The translations under genes and the position numbers were made by a program. Positions 50,775-64,000 of a stretch of 64,000 bases of DNA are shown here, one piece after another. The stretch lies in assembly GCF_009834535.1 (NCBI RefSeq), contig NC_045697.1:53632001-53696000 (forward strand), in the 5' to 3' direction. The first letter of the stretch is position 1; each line of letters begins with the position of its first letter. The stretch is from Camelus ferus (lineage: Eukaryota). The notes under the pieces are model-generated. The model was not told where the DNA came from. It was given only the letters and a program-made list of their open reading frames with translations, and did not search any database.

Positions 50775-52144
50775 GTAAGACCACAGAGGAGAAATTTGCA
50801 CAGAGTTCAATGAGGGATAAGCTAAATGATTTCTCAGTTAAAAAAAAAAAATTCAACAAATTTGAATTCAAAATAAGCGAAAAAAAAAAAAAAACCCCAA
50901 AAAACCACCCTTAACATCTTCATCACCTTTCTTCTGGGGCTTGTTAAGGAAAAATCTTCCAGACACTTGTTAAAGACTGGAAGACACAGTTTATTCAAAA
51001 CCATCATGTTAAGTTTACATCCTACTGCAGTGGACTTTGACAGTGAGACAGAGAGATTGGACTCAACTCTGAATACAAACAGGAAAATTGGGAAATTTAT
51101 AGCCAAAGAGCAAAATTGGGTACCACTGGGTGGAAAGTTACTAAGAGGAGACATCAGGGACAAAGGGGGCTCCGGGAAAACTGACCTAATCTGATTCTTG
51201 CCAATGGCAAGCTAGGGTGGTCAAACATCATCTGAGGGATTGTGAAGAATGACGCAACAGCTATAAAGGGTGACTGGACATCAAGGATGGTGGAGTCTAG
51301 CTAAACTGGCTTCGTAGGATTCTTACTAAACTGGGCAAAGCAGAGATAAACAAAGAAGCTCCATATCAGGACCCAGTGGGGAAGAGAGTTCAGAGAAATC
51401 TGACTAGGGTTTGGTTGTGAACAGAATTTTTCTCAAGGTCTGACATAATGTGGAATTTATAATTCCCCATTGATGATACAACCTCCCTCCTCAGAATCAA
51501 TGAATGTCCCTTTCGAACAGTCTCTCACGAAATTTTGCAGAGTATTTCAGCTGCCTCCTGAATCTCTCTATCCATTCCCTCCCACCTCTTTTCTCTCCTC
51601 CCCACTATAAATTTGTGAAAAAGAAAAAAAACCTGACAATTCCGTTCACCATCTGCGATATTATTCATGGTTCCATACTAATGTAACATCATGTGCAAAA
51701 TCCCATGTTCTTACAGTACCTCAGGATCTTGCCCTAGTCTACCTTTCTAGCCTGTTATGCCCACATTCTCACATTGAAACTCTGCACATCTCAGCTCCTC
51801 TTCCCCATCCACACAAGCATTTGTTTTCTGAAATCCCTTCATTCCTTTTGATTGATGTATTTTCCCAACAACTTGTCCATGGCAACTGCTCCCCATCAGT
51901 TTCCTCTGCACAAACCTTCAGGGTTTTGTGGAATGACTTAATTGCTAGAATCATTCATTGCTGCTCAGCCTGGAATCATTAGCTGCCACTTTCTTTGGAG
52001 CCTATAGGAATATATACAAAGCCACAGGGCACAGAATTGCATAGGAAATGCTGCCTAATTGAATTGGTGACGTATACAGCGGTCATGTTTTTTTGTTTCT
52101 GAAACACATACAACACAGAATAATGATTTTCTTTTTCTTTTTAG

Positions 52145-52364
52145 GCCATCCCCAAACCAGAGCTTTTATCACTCACAGTGGAACCAATGGGGTCTATGAA
52201 GCTATTTACCATGGGGTGCCTATGGTGGGAATTCCCATGTTTGGTGATCAGCATGATAATGTTGCTCGTGTAAAAGCCAAAGGGGCAGCTGTTGAAGTAG
52301 ACTTGCCCACAATGACAAGTTCTGATCTGCTTCATGCTTTGAAGGAGGTTATTAACAACCCTTC
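52145..52364 (+). CDS. UGT2C1: UGT copy B exon 5 (220 bp)
   Basis: tttag|GCCATCC...CCTTC|gtgagt. Encodes [15 protein letters not shown]...FGDQ. Confidence 0.95.
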
Positions 52365-52444
52365 GTGAGTATACAATATATTCTTTTCTGAGAGTCATCC
52401 TGTTTTTTAATAGGAGTGAACTGTTTCATTCAATTCAATTAATT

Positions 52445-53290
52445 ACTTTTTAAATTTTTCTATTAAGTATAGTTGGTTTACAATGTTTTCTAGTTTTTGG
52501 TGTACACAATAGTGGTTCAGTTATGTGTATACATATATATATATTCCTTTTCATAGTCTTTTTTATTATAGGGTATTATAAGATATTGAATATAGTTCAC
52601 TGTGCTATACAGTACAACCTTGCTGTTTCTCTATCTGTTTATAGCCATTAGTGACTTCAAATCCCAAATTCCCAATTGGTCCCCTTCTCATCATCCCCCT
52701 GGTAACCATAAGTTTGTTTTCTATGTCTGTGAGTTTCTTTCTGTTTTGAAAATATGTTCAGTTTTGCCATTTTTGATTCCACATATAAGTGATATCATAT
52801 GATATTTTTCTGTTTTGAAAAGAAAAAACTATCAATAATAAGAAAAGATTGTGTCTCTGTAACAATAGCTTAATTTCTTTAAATAAGTTTAATATTTCTT
52901 TGAAGTTACAGTCTACTGCTCAGGGACAGAACATGACAAAATTCCTTCATAGAATTTAAGTACAAGACAATCATATTTGATATTAACTATGTACTGCTGA
53001 TTATGTATAATTAATCAATTTATAAATGTTGGAGAGGGTGTGAAGAAAAGGGAACCATTCTACACTATTGGTGGGAATGCATTTGGTGAAGTCACTATGG
53101 AAAATTCTATGGAGATTCCTTAAAACACTATAAATAGACTTACCATATGATCCAGCAATTCCACTCCTAGGTATATACCTGGAGGAAACTCTAATTTGAA
53201 AAGATACATGCACCCTGATGTTCATAACAGCACTACTGACAATAGCCAAGACATAGAAGCAACCTAAATGTCCATTGACAGATGACTGGT
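52445..53290. mobile_element. L1 fragments specific to copy B intron 5 (3' end on - strand at 52445-52810; + strand piece at 53020-53290)
   Basis: L1 3'UTR motifs, absent at the paralogous position in copy A (~15905). Confidence 0.7.
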
Positions 53291-56057
53291 GCTGGGGAAA
53301 CTGGATAATCACATAAAGGAGAATGAATTTGGGCCCCTATCTGACATCACTTACCAAAATTAACTGGAAATGAACTAAAGACTTAAACAGAAGACCTGAA
53401 ACCATAAAAAGCCCTAGAAGGAAACAGAGAAAAAGGCTCCTTGAATAAGGGTCTTTGCAACAATATTTTGGAAATGACAGCAACAGCACAAAGAACAAAA
53501 GTGGAAATCAACAAATGAGTCTACATCACACTTACCACTTCTGCACAGAAAATAAAATTCTCTAAGAAATGAAAGGCAACCTACAAAATGAGAGAAAATA
53601 TTTTCAAACGTCATATCTGATCAGCACTTCATACACAAAATATAAAAAAAACTCATTTAACTCTAAGCCAAAAGAATGTTCTCAAAAGACCAGAGTTACT
53701 GAATAGATATTTTCCCAAAGACATACAAATGGCCCACAAGTACATGAAAGGGGGCCTGACATCACCAAGCATCAGGAAAAGCAAATCAAAACCACAGTGA
53801 GACATCACCTCACACCTGTCAGATAGGCCAGCATCAAAACACTAGGTATATCCAGGGTGGTGCGTCTGTGAAGAAAGGGAATTCTAGGGCACTGCTGATG
53901 GGAATAGAAATTGCTGCAGACACTATGGAAAACAGTATGCACGTTCCCCAAAACATTAAAAATAGAACTACTACATTACCCAGCAATCCCACTACTGGCA
54001 TTATGACTCAAGGAAATGAAAATAGAATATGAAGGAGATATCTGCACTCACATGATCACTGCAGCTTTATTCACAATAACTAAGATATGAAAATAGCCTG
54101 TTCTGTCTATGGATGAATACGTAAAGAAGATGTGGTGTATGTTTATCAAGGAATATCATTCAGCTATAGGAATGAGGGAAATCCTGCCATTTGTGACAAC
54201 ATGGCATTATGCTAAGCAAGTCAGACAAAGAAAGACAGATACTGTGTGTCACTTTTATGTATAATCTAAAGGGGCGAATGCATAGAAACAGAAAGTAGAG
54301 TGGTGTTTACCAGGGACTAGGGGTTCAGGGAGTAGAGAAATATTGGTCAAAGGGTCAAACTTTCAGTAATAAAATGAACAAGTTCTGGGGAACTTTGTAC
54401 AACATGGCGATGAGCTGTGATCAAAAATAAATAAATTCTCAATATGGAATGGTTACATTTCTGTTATTGTATTTCAAATAAATCTAATAAATATAATCTT
54501 GGAGGAAAAAAAGAAACTATATCAAAATGATGATACTTTCCAGGCTTTGGATAAATACTTCTTTTAATATCAGATAAATTCTTACTAAAAATTTCATAGA
54601 CATCTATGAATAAATATTGACATTAGAGACTAAAATAATTATTTTTAAACTATTTCCAATTTTGGCTAATACTGAATGACTTTTCTCTAGGAAGCTACTT
54701 CTCAACTTTCCATTTCTCTCTTCTATATCACAGCTCAATTATTGCTTGATGTATAATCATTATAACATTATCAAGGCTTACAACATACAACATTGTCTAT
54801 GATCACACTTCCCAATACATTTTAGCCCTACTTTTGTATTTATATGGATTTAATGATGCACCGTTTGTTTTAGTACAGTCTTTCTGTACCTGTCAGGTTT
54901 TGTTCGTACTAATTTTTCATCTGACAAATACTTTATTTCTATTTTTGGAGCTTCTGTTGCTGTTGTTTCCTTGATCCCTGAGATATATGCAGACGTACTT
55001 ATTCCTTAAATTCTTGTGTATTAACAAAGCCCTGCCTTATTTTTCTTAAACCAAAGGGCAACAGGGCTTTGTATAAGATTTTTGTTTTTTTGGATCACAA
55101 TTCTCCTCAGAACTTTCTACATGCTGTTTCACCATTTTCTGCAATTTAATGATTTTTAATTTAAATGATCATGGCACTTGAGTGTGGAAGAATCACCTGC
55201 TAACTTCACCTCCTTCACAAATCCAAGGAAATGCTTCATTTAGGTCAGCCATCCAAAACCTCAAAACAAAACACTGGCCTGTTCTTTTGTCCCTTGACAG
55301 AAGGTAGAGGGTTTGTGTTCTGGCTCTTGCCATTTCCCATCTCACCACTGGCGCTTGCATCCCTCTGTAGCCTGAAGCAAAGATTCCAGCATCTACTCAC
55401 TCTAGAGCCCTACTTCTTGCCCATAGGGTGACATTAAATTTTCTGTTTTCATCTGAAATGTCAGGGCCATGAAGATCACGGATGGAAACCATTACCTGAT
55501 GCTGTTGAATACTAGCTTCTTGTTAACACCAACACTCCAGACCAAACCTGGGGAAGGTGGAGGGGTGGGGGAAGGGTTCCTCTCTCATAGACCTGCCCTC
55601 AGTACTGCTTCCTGTCACTATCATGTTCACAATACCACCCTCTGCAAATGAAAGCAAAATGCTGTTTTATCAACCTACGTAGTCTACATTCCTATTCTGA
55701 ATTTTTTAAATGCTATTTCCAATAGAAATTCTTTTTTCCCCTACTCCAATTGTTAATTACACTTTGAAACATCCAACCAATTCCAGTTGATAGACTATTA
55801 TATTGAAATATCTCAAGATGAAAGAAATTTTCTTATGTTTTCAGTGCTCTGGGTAATGTCACTTATGACATAATTTATTGTGTAATTATGTAATATACTT
55901 TTTAATTAAAGTATAGTTGATTTACAACATTGTATTCATTATGCATACATATTTACATATAGTCTTTCTTTTTGATTCTTTAATATATAACATAATTTTA
56001 GGTGTGTCATGTCCTCAATGAATTTTTCAAGTTGCTATCTATATATTCAATCCTCAG

Positions 56058-56337
56058 CTATAAAGAGAACGCTATGAAGTTATCAAGAATCCACCACGAT
56101 CAGCCTGTAAAGCCCCTGGACCGAGCAGTCTTCTGGATAGAGTTTGTCATGCGCCACAAAGGAGCCAAGCACCTGCGACCAGCCCTCCACGACCTCACCT
56201 GGTACCAGAACCACTCTCTGGATGTGATTGGGTTCCTGTTGGCCTGTGTGGCAACTGCTGTGTTCGTCATCACAAAATGTTGTCTGTTTTGTTGCCTGAA
56301 GTTTGGTAAAACTACAAAGAAGAAAAAGAGAGAGTAG
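56058..56337 (+). CDS. UGT2C1: UGT copy B exon 6 coding part (280 bp)
   Basis: ctcag|CTATAAAGAG. Ends ...[11 protein letters not shown]. Total CDS 1590 nt, intact. Confidence 0.95.
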
Positions 56338-59300
56338 GGTTTTTTATTAATGATTTGACTGGAAACCTTGGTAGGGTCCATCCGAATTAATCCAGCTACT
56401 GATTTGAACAGATTCCTCTCCTGCTCTTCTGGGTTCTTGTCCATTCCTCAGCTTATCAAGTCAACTGTCAAAGACAACATGAAAATGTGCCACATGATTT
56501 AGCACTAATGTTTAAAATAATCTATTCGTTGAAAAGAGAAGATAAACAAATAAACACACGGATGTCGCTAATTAAGACTCAGTGCTTTATTTTATTCACT
56601 GCTTTCAGCTGAACTAATTGAGATGCTCTTTGAGGCCTTGGGAACATAGTGATTAATTCTAATCTCAGTATTAATCATATTGAAGATTTTCTAAATACAT
56701 AACATCATCCTGTGCCCAGTGTGTTATAGTTCTTGCATGTTCTCTAAAGGAACCAGGCAAGAGTAGTGCAGAGCACACTCCAGCCAGAGCTTCCCTTCAG
56801 GTCAGGAAGATCAGGAGGCTGTCAGGGTTTCTCCTCTGCCGTAAAGCACACTTGATGCCATCAATTTATTTTCATCTGACACATCAGACTGTGTCCCCTC
56901 AGATAAAAAACACTCTTTTTTGTCTTTGATTTAAAGATTTCCCTTCATTTGGATACTAAAAGTGACAGTACTTCATGTGTGTTGTAATACTTTGTAGCTT
57001 CAGACTAGCTGATTTTCATAAGTTAGCATGACTGATGGTGTGGTGGAGCACCTACCCTTTTAAAGTAACTAAAAATCTACTTGATTCTCTCCTACTCCAA
57101 TTTTACTTACAATATAAATATTTGTAAAGAAGAAACAAACTACTTAGATAGAGCTGGGAGGAAACGCATTTCTCAGAAATGCTCTTTCCTATGGGGGTGA
57201 TCTCTCCAACTAATCACACTCGGTGAATTTCTTCATTTCTTACTTTTCTTTTACCCCGTCACTTCTCCTGGTCCTCTCATAAACTGTACTGAGATCACTA
57301 TACCAAGCACAAATACTTAGGCTTCTTATTAGCTCGAATCTGTCAGAATCTACAGTAACATGAACACAATTTGTATTTTAAAAAATAAAGATGTCTTTTA
57401 CTTTCCTTTCTACAAAGAATTCAGTTCAGTCTAACTCTGGTGGCCTTACCTAGTAACCAAGTTCATTAAATGATTATTACAGACTTTGATATTTATAACC
57501 CAAACTTGAGAGACCTAAAATTACAGCTCTATCTTAGAACAAATATAAATCATTTGGGCTGTTACAGGTTTTTTAACAGTAATAATGGCACAAAAAATAG
57601 CAAGTTAATCATAAACTTATTCTTAGATGGGGAATTAACTATGAAGAGATATAGGGGAAAAGATATATTCTCAATTTTATGAGGTTTTATAATTAAATAA
57701 TTATACTGCATAAAGTTTTCAAAGTGTAAGCATTAATGCTATTTGTTTTAAGATCTAAATCATGTAATCAAAGCAATAATTTACCACAGTGCTAAATCAC
57801 TTACTTTGGTAATAAGATAATGTTTTTTTCCTGAAGTAATCTTAAAAATCATAGTTTAATCTTTAGTCATTTTATATTAAAGTCAAGATATCCCTTCACT
57901 TCTTCATTATTATAAAATGATGTAACATAGTAAGTTTAAGTAAACTCAAGGTTTGTATACCTTGTTAGCCATTTCTGAGTTTATTCAGAAGAACTACCCT
58001 GACAAATAAGTAAGGATATTCTATCTTGTAGAGACCAAAGCCTTTCTTAAACACAAATGTTACTTATTTAAATCATTTATGAGTGATCATATTAAATATT
58101 GTTAACAATTTGTAATAATTTTAGGAATGCAGAGGCTAAACATTAATATGTTATATTTTCCAGTTTAAGTTTTCATAAAAACAGATTTTTCTGAAGTTTT
58201 ATGACCTCTGGGTTTCCTAGTCAGTTAAAATATTATATTTTAAAGTATTTTATTTTAAAACTATTTACAATTCATATGTGACAATATTTTGAAATTCTGC
58301 TCAAGTTTCTTCTGGATCACAACTTAATTGAAAATGCTGATAGGTAGGTGGAAATATTTTGTACATGTGTACATGCATGTATATGTGAATACAAATCAAG
58401 TCCTACATGTTATAAATAAAAAATGATTCATATTATTGCATGCTTTGATTTTTAAACTTGCTTGCCTTTTACTCTGAGGGAAGTATTGGTTTCTATTATG
58501 TTCTACAAATTTTACCAAAAATAATGATTCACCTGCAGGCTCAGATTTACTATGCTCCCTAAATTAGTGGAAATACCAACTATGATATTTTAAAAGGTAA
58601 TACAGTTGAGACTTAGAAGAATATGCTGCCTAAGGAACAGAGAACATTTAACTTCTGCGATGCACACTGAATCGCCACCTACCTTCTGCTTCTCAACTGT
58701 GTTTTCTCCCCAGGTTCTTCTTTTCTGAATCCCATTCTGATTTTACATTGTTCTCAATTCTGGCTCTAAACTTAGCCAAAGAGCCTGAGATCCTATCTTT
58801 CACTCTTAGTTCCTACCATTCATTTCCCCCAGACAGTCTTTCATACCGTCAGATGGAATCCCCTCATATAAGATGTCAGCAATCCAAATGACACTATGAC
58901 ATGCAAGCACCTATCTTTCACCCTTAAAGCAATTGTCAGACGGTAAAATCATGACTCTTCCATGTAGGGAAGCCACCTCACTGTCCTGGACTACTTCTGC
59001 CCTGATTTACATGCTTCAATTTAGTTCCTGTCTCCTTTCCAGGACTCCCAGACATAAAAGCTCATCATGCAGGCAATGATAGAGGAGATCCTAAAACTCA
59101 TTGAGAATTTTGGAATAAACTAGGTCTTTCTTCCTTTGTTGATGTATAACTGCTATTTCATCAATAATTACTAGGAACTGAGGGAGAATTCATTTTCCAG
59201 GTGTCACGACAGTATCATATTATTTGTGTGAGAGGTAGAAGAAATCTCCTCTGTTTTAGTTAGTGGCCACCTTCCATTTCAATCTTCACAAAATGCAATG

Positions 59301-61189
59301 CCATATCTCTGGAGAATTTTAAAATTATAAATGTGAATCCACTCATAACTTTTATATGTTTACAAGGCCAGATGATAACGATGCTGTTCCCCAAATAGTT
59401 GTTACTCTTAGAGCCTCCAGAAGTCATAAATGTATTATCTGCCAATGATTATTAAAGAACAATTGCCCCACTACCCAATCCTGCTCATCCTAGAAGGATT
59501 ATGAATGTGGACTTGATCATGGACCTGTCCCTCATTCCTGGGTCCATATAATAGCTTGGTATGAGGTGCTACTCATTTTTTTCTTCTTACTGCGAAATAT
59601 AATGCAATCTTACCTGCATGTTCCATGTTCTTCTTCTGATCATTTCTTAGAACATCTCTCCTCTATTATTTAGTGCCTTTGTGATGCAGAAATTTACCCC
59701 AACCTAAATCACAAATTGATTTCAATTACAATTCAGACAAGATCTCTTTACTGAAGAAATTACCCAGAGTCTATTGACCAAGGTGCTTGCTTTTGTAAAC
59801 AGAGAAATATTTAAATCTCTAGAGGTTATCAGACTATCACTCTGAACTGACACTAATCTCTGGAGACACTAAACATCACTATTGTACAAAAAGAAGACTG
59901 AGAGCTCATAAAGGTCAAGTAATAGGTAAAGATTTGCCCTCAGTTATTCTTACAATGGATTCATTAAGATTATGGATCGTCTTATGTGACTTCTCTGACC
60001 CAGAATGCAGGTACATTCAGTAATTGATAGAATCTCCATTTGGGTCACCTCACCTGCATGCTGACAGCACCATGGTTACCTTCATGGACAAATAAAAGTC
60101 TGTTTATAACTCTGGGCCATGATAAGAATGAGCAGCTAACTAATGATTTATGGTTTTCTATTAAAAGTGTGCAAGTCTCTCCTCCAACCCTCTTCCCTTT
60201 AGTATCCAAGGCAAGTTTGATTACTGATGGCCTGTAACACTTGATGTAACCCATGAGATCAGTTGGCTTGATTAAATGGCTAGAGGAGTGCAAAGAAAAC
60301 CAACCTTTTTTGTCTTGTATAATTAAAATTCATCATACAAATCTTGGTGTTTCATATCTGGAGACAAACTGTATCCTGTGCAAATAAAAGAGGACCCTGA
60401 GGACCTGTGCCTGGAAGTCTCTTGGAACCTCAATGTTCACCTTACTCTCTTTCTCCTACTATAGCTCCACGAGATCTATATATATATTTTTTATTAAAAG
60501 CATTATGTTGAATATTCTTTGTGGAGCCCTGTGAGTCTTTTCAATTACCCACACAAGAGATCTTCACAAAAGGCCAAGTGGAATCCACTGGGACTGTCTG
60601 GTCCTTGCTCCATAATACATAATAAATCACAAGCACTGTCATGTCTCTGAGGGTTTTTCAGTACTGTCATCAAAAGCTTGGATGATATAGAGGTAATGAT
60701 CCCTACCGCAATTAGGTTAGCAATTTAAGTAGAATTGGAAATATTTTATTTTAAAAATTATGCAGATTGTTTTAGCCCTTCTCCAAGATATGAGGCTTTC
60801 TTTACATGCTACCAAGGCAGTTCCTCTGGCTTTCAAACTTAGCCTTAATTTGATGGTTAATAGCCCACACTCTTCCATTATACTCTCCAAAGCATCAATT
60901 CTACTAACATAACCACCTATTTCCATTTTCTTAATTTATTCCCTTATTTATCAAATATATGATATATCACAACTACTAGTACCTTTCGTTCAATGTACTC
61001 TCAATTCATCTTCACTGAAAGTAGTAAAACTTTCACGTTATCGCAATTCAAGAGCTATTTGTGTCTCACCATGTGATAGAGACCACATTACAATCTGTGG
61101 TGAATGATCCAGCTCCAAAATATGACCTTGGTGTCTCTCTCTTATTCCACCCTTGGCACTGATTATAAAACATTGAGTGCCCTCAATGT

Positions 61190-61580
61190 GCAGATTCAGA
61201 GCTGGAGATTAGTTTGCAGGAAAATTGTTATGGCATGTTCATGGAAACAAACTGTGCAAGTGAAGGGTAGGAAGCAAAACTGGACAGTGGAAAAAATAGA
61301 AATAATGCAATTTCAGAGTAAATCTCAAGCAAACCACTGGGACCTCTGAAGCTAAGATCACCTTGAAGAGTTGACCAAAATTAAAATGAGAAGTCTAGGC
61401 ATTGGACATGGGCCCAGGAAAGATACATTGCTTTAGACTAGATCTCTCTCTTTTAGCAGAGGCAATCCTCAAAGAAAGATGGTAGATAAGGAGTGTCAAC
61501 TGAAAATCTCATGAGCTGGGAAATAGTTTCTACAGTCCCAAAAAAAGAATCTGGTTAACACATTAAAGCACCTATCATGG
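61190..61580. mobile_element. Old ERVL-type LTR fragment (LTR16-like)
   Basis: Degenerate resemblance to LTR16-type consensus features (ggaagca…tggacag…tgcaat…ctctgaagct). Weak. Confidence 0.35.
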
Positions 61581-62390
61581 GACATTACCAAGATTGAAGG
61601 ATATTGAAACTCTGCTGGCAATGTTCTGCTTAGAATCTACATCCAAATCCTTTTTAAGGTAGATTCTCCTCTCATCTCAAGTCAATAGAATACAGATAAC
61701 ATGAAAACAAATCTATCCCATGACATGCATCTTTCCCTTCCTACTTCTAACTTAATGGGAAATCCTGGTAAGATTTTTTTTAAAACTATAACTTACCTGG
61801 ATTACAAAGGCAATATAGAAAACAAAGTTCAGAAGGTACTTAGAGGATAAATACTTTCTAAGAGTAAATACTGAAGAAGTATTAAAGAAGTGAGAGTAAC
61901 ATAAGGAGTGCTGGAAATGAAAAGATAATAATTCAGAGGTAATATTCTCAGATAAAGGAAAGTAACTAAAGCGATACTCAAAGCATGTCCATGTTTAGGT
62001 AGAAAAAAAAAAAGAGTGGGAGTATCTACAGTGAAAAAAACCCAAGGCAATGTAAATGAAATGAAGCTAATAAAACAGATGTGAAAATATAGAGAAAGAA
62101 ATGATTTGAAATGCTCAAATAAATAAGAATAGATTTGTATTGACACAATTCTGCTTTCTTACTTGGAAAATCCCTATTTGTAAGGTAATTCCCTCTTAGT
62201 TTAGAAGCAGTGGCATTTACAATGATACTGGGATTCATTGTGCGCACAAACAGACATAAGGTCATCTAACCTTTTATTTATTTGCTATCCAAAATCTCTG
62301 AGCTGGAGATTAGCTGGCAGAGAGATTACTAGGGTTGCACTCCTGAAAGCAGTCTTTAGCTCATTAGTCATTGTGACTTTGCTATGTACC

Positions 62391-62432
62391 AGTTAATATT
62401 AACTACTTATCAGATTCTTTCCTTGATATAAA
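62391..62432 (+). promoter_or_regulatory. UGT2B-type proximal promoter remnant (HNF1-like palindrome and TATA)
   Basis: AGTTAATATTAACT at 62391-62404 and TATAAA at 62427-62432, about 60-100 bp upstream of the ATG at 62489. Confidence 0.6.
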
Positions 62433-62488
62433 TGAAAACTATAACTGAAGTTAAGAGAGTTTATGAAGAAGGGTTAGATTTTCCCAAG

Positions 62489-63203
62489 ATGTCTAAGACA
62501 TGGGTTTCTGTTCTTGTGCTGTATTTTTATTTCAGCTGTGCATCCTGAGGAAAGGTGTTGGTGTGGCCAATGGAATACAGTCATTGGATCAATTTAAAGA
62601 CAATATTGGATGAACTTGCTCAGAGGGGACATGAAGTCACTGTGCTCGCATCTTCAGCTTCCATACTTGTAGATCCTAATAAATCATCAGCCCTTAAACT
62701 TGAGGTTTATCCTACATCCTTTACTAAGAATGAGCTTGATTTGTAGTATATGAAATGGGTCAAGATGTGGACACATGAGTTACCAAAGAGTACATTATGG
62801 GCATATGATTCAAAGATGCAAAAAACATTTTATGAATACTCTGATACTGCTCAAAAGCTCTGTGAGGATGCAGTGTTGAACAAAAAACTTATGAAGAAAG
62901 TGCAAGAATCCAGATTTGATGTTGTTCTTGGAGATCCCGTTTCTCCTTGTGCTGAGCTGCTATCTGAACTACTTAACCTACCTTGTGTCTACAGTCTTCA
63001 GTCTACCCTTGGCAAAACATACAAAAAACTCTGTGGAGGGCTTATATTGCCTCCTTCCTATGTACCTGTTATCATATCAGAACTTAGTGACAAAATGACA
63101 TTTATGGAAAGGGTGACAAATATGTTGTATCACCTACATTTTAGCTTCTCATTTCAGACCTTCAACAAGAAGAAATGGGATATATTTTGCAGTGAAGTAT
63201 TAG
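62489..63203 (+). pseudogene. UGT2B-type exon 1 with two in-frame nonsense codons
   Basis: [52 protein letters not shown]…NELDL*YMKW…EVLG|gtaagt. TGA at 62546-62548, TAG at 62744-62746. Length 715 bp. The remaining exons lie outside the window. Confidence 0.9.
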
Positions 63204-63254
63204 GTAAGTCAGTGGTTTATTTATTACATTTTTCCTCCAGTAGATAGGAAGAAA

Positions 63255-64000
63255 TTTTTCTTTTTGTTGAGTTATACTCAGTTTACAATGTTGTGTCAAT
63301 TTCTAGTGTACAGCACAATTTTTCAGATATAAATGAATATACATATATTCGTTTTCATATTCTTTTCACCATCAGCTACTACAAGATCTTGAATATATTT
63401 CTCTGTGCTATACAGTATAAACTTCTTTATCTATTCTATATATACCTTTCAGTATCTATAAATCTCGAACTCACAGTGTGTCACTTACCACCCCCCACCC
63501 CCTTGGCAACCACGAGTTTGTATTCTATGTCTATGAGTTTGTTTCTGTTTTGTTTGTTTTTTTTTTTTTTTTTTGGCTTAAAACAACAGAAATCTATTAT
63601 CTTATAGTTCTGGGGGCCAGAAGTACAAAATCAATGTATTTGCAGGGCTACTCTCCCTGGAAGTGTATAGGGGATAATCCTTCCTGGCTTTCTCCAGCTC
63701 CTGGTACCTCCAGAAGTCCTGGGCTTGTGGCTGCATCACTCCAATCTCTGCCCCTCTCCACACGGCTGCCTTCTGTGTCTCTGGCTCAGGTCTCCCTATG
63801 CTTTCTCTTATAAGGACATCTGTCATTGGATTTAGGGCCCATCCTATGTTTGGTATGATTTCACCTCAAGTCTGTTTTGTATTTATGTTCTTTTTTTATA
63901 GATTCCACATATGAGTAATCTCATATGATATTTTTCTTTCTCTTTTTGACTTACTTCACTTAAAATGACATTCTCCAGGAACATCCATCTTGCTGGAAAT
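63255..64000 (-). mobile_element. L1 3' end (same lineage as the young L1s), running off the window and interrupted at 63554-63870
   Basis: T-rich tail and tttacaatgttgtgtcaa…cccttggcaaccac…gattccacatatgag, matching the 3'UTRs at 205-600 and 26820-27240. Confidence 0.88.
63554..63870 (-). mobile_element. Polyadenylated MLT1-type LTR fragment retro-inserted with a TSD
   Basis: T18 at 63557-63574, ~297 bp MLT1-like body, and TSD TCTGTTTTGT at 63544-63553 / 63871-63880. Confidence 0.85.

Noticed and set aside
62546..62548. TGA at a Cys position as possible selenocysteine recoding
   Set aside because: It lies in the signal peptide, a second stop (TAG) follows, and no SECIS is visible; a simple nonsense mutation is more parsimonious.
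62750..63247. 165-aa ORF as a functional truncated UGT
   Set aside because: It lacks the signal peptide and catalytic His and is the remnant downstream of the second nonsense codon.

Overview
AT-rich mammalian genomic DNA from a UDP-glucuronosyltransferase family 2 (UGT2) cluster. The organism is probably a camelid, inferred from the tRNA-derived SINE type and the apparent absence of Alu, B1, Bov-A/Bov-tA, PRE-1 and CAN SINEs. The + strand carries two complete, intact six-exon UGT2C1-like genes from a tandem duplication: copy A (CDS 2794-19883) and copy B (CDS 35924-56337), each 1590 nt / 529 aa. They are followed by exon 1 of a UGT2B-type pseudogene with two in-frame stops (62489-63203). The rest is layered with transposons: a 5'-inverted young L1 about 150 bp upstream of the copy A start codon, a full-length but defective 7.1 kb L1, a full-length Tigger1 inside a MaLR LTR, older L1s, solo LTRs and two SINEs. 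The most notable observations are (i) an ancient MaLR-LTR fragment re-inserted with a poly(A) tail and TSD into a much younger L1, (ii) patchwork gene conversion between the paralogs next to a fully diverged substrate-binding segment, and (iii) L1 remodelling of both promoters. No prokaryote-type system (CRISPR, operon etc.) is present. Repeat family names come from recognition of consensus features, not from a database search.
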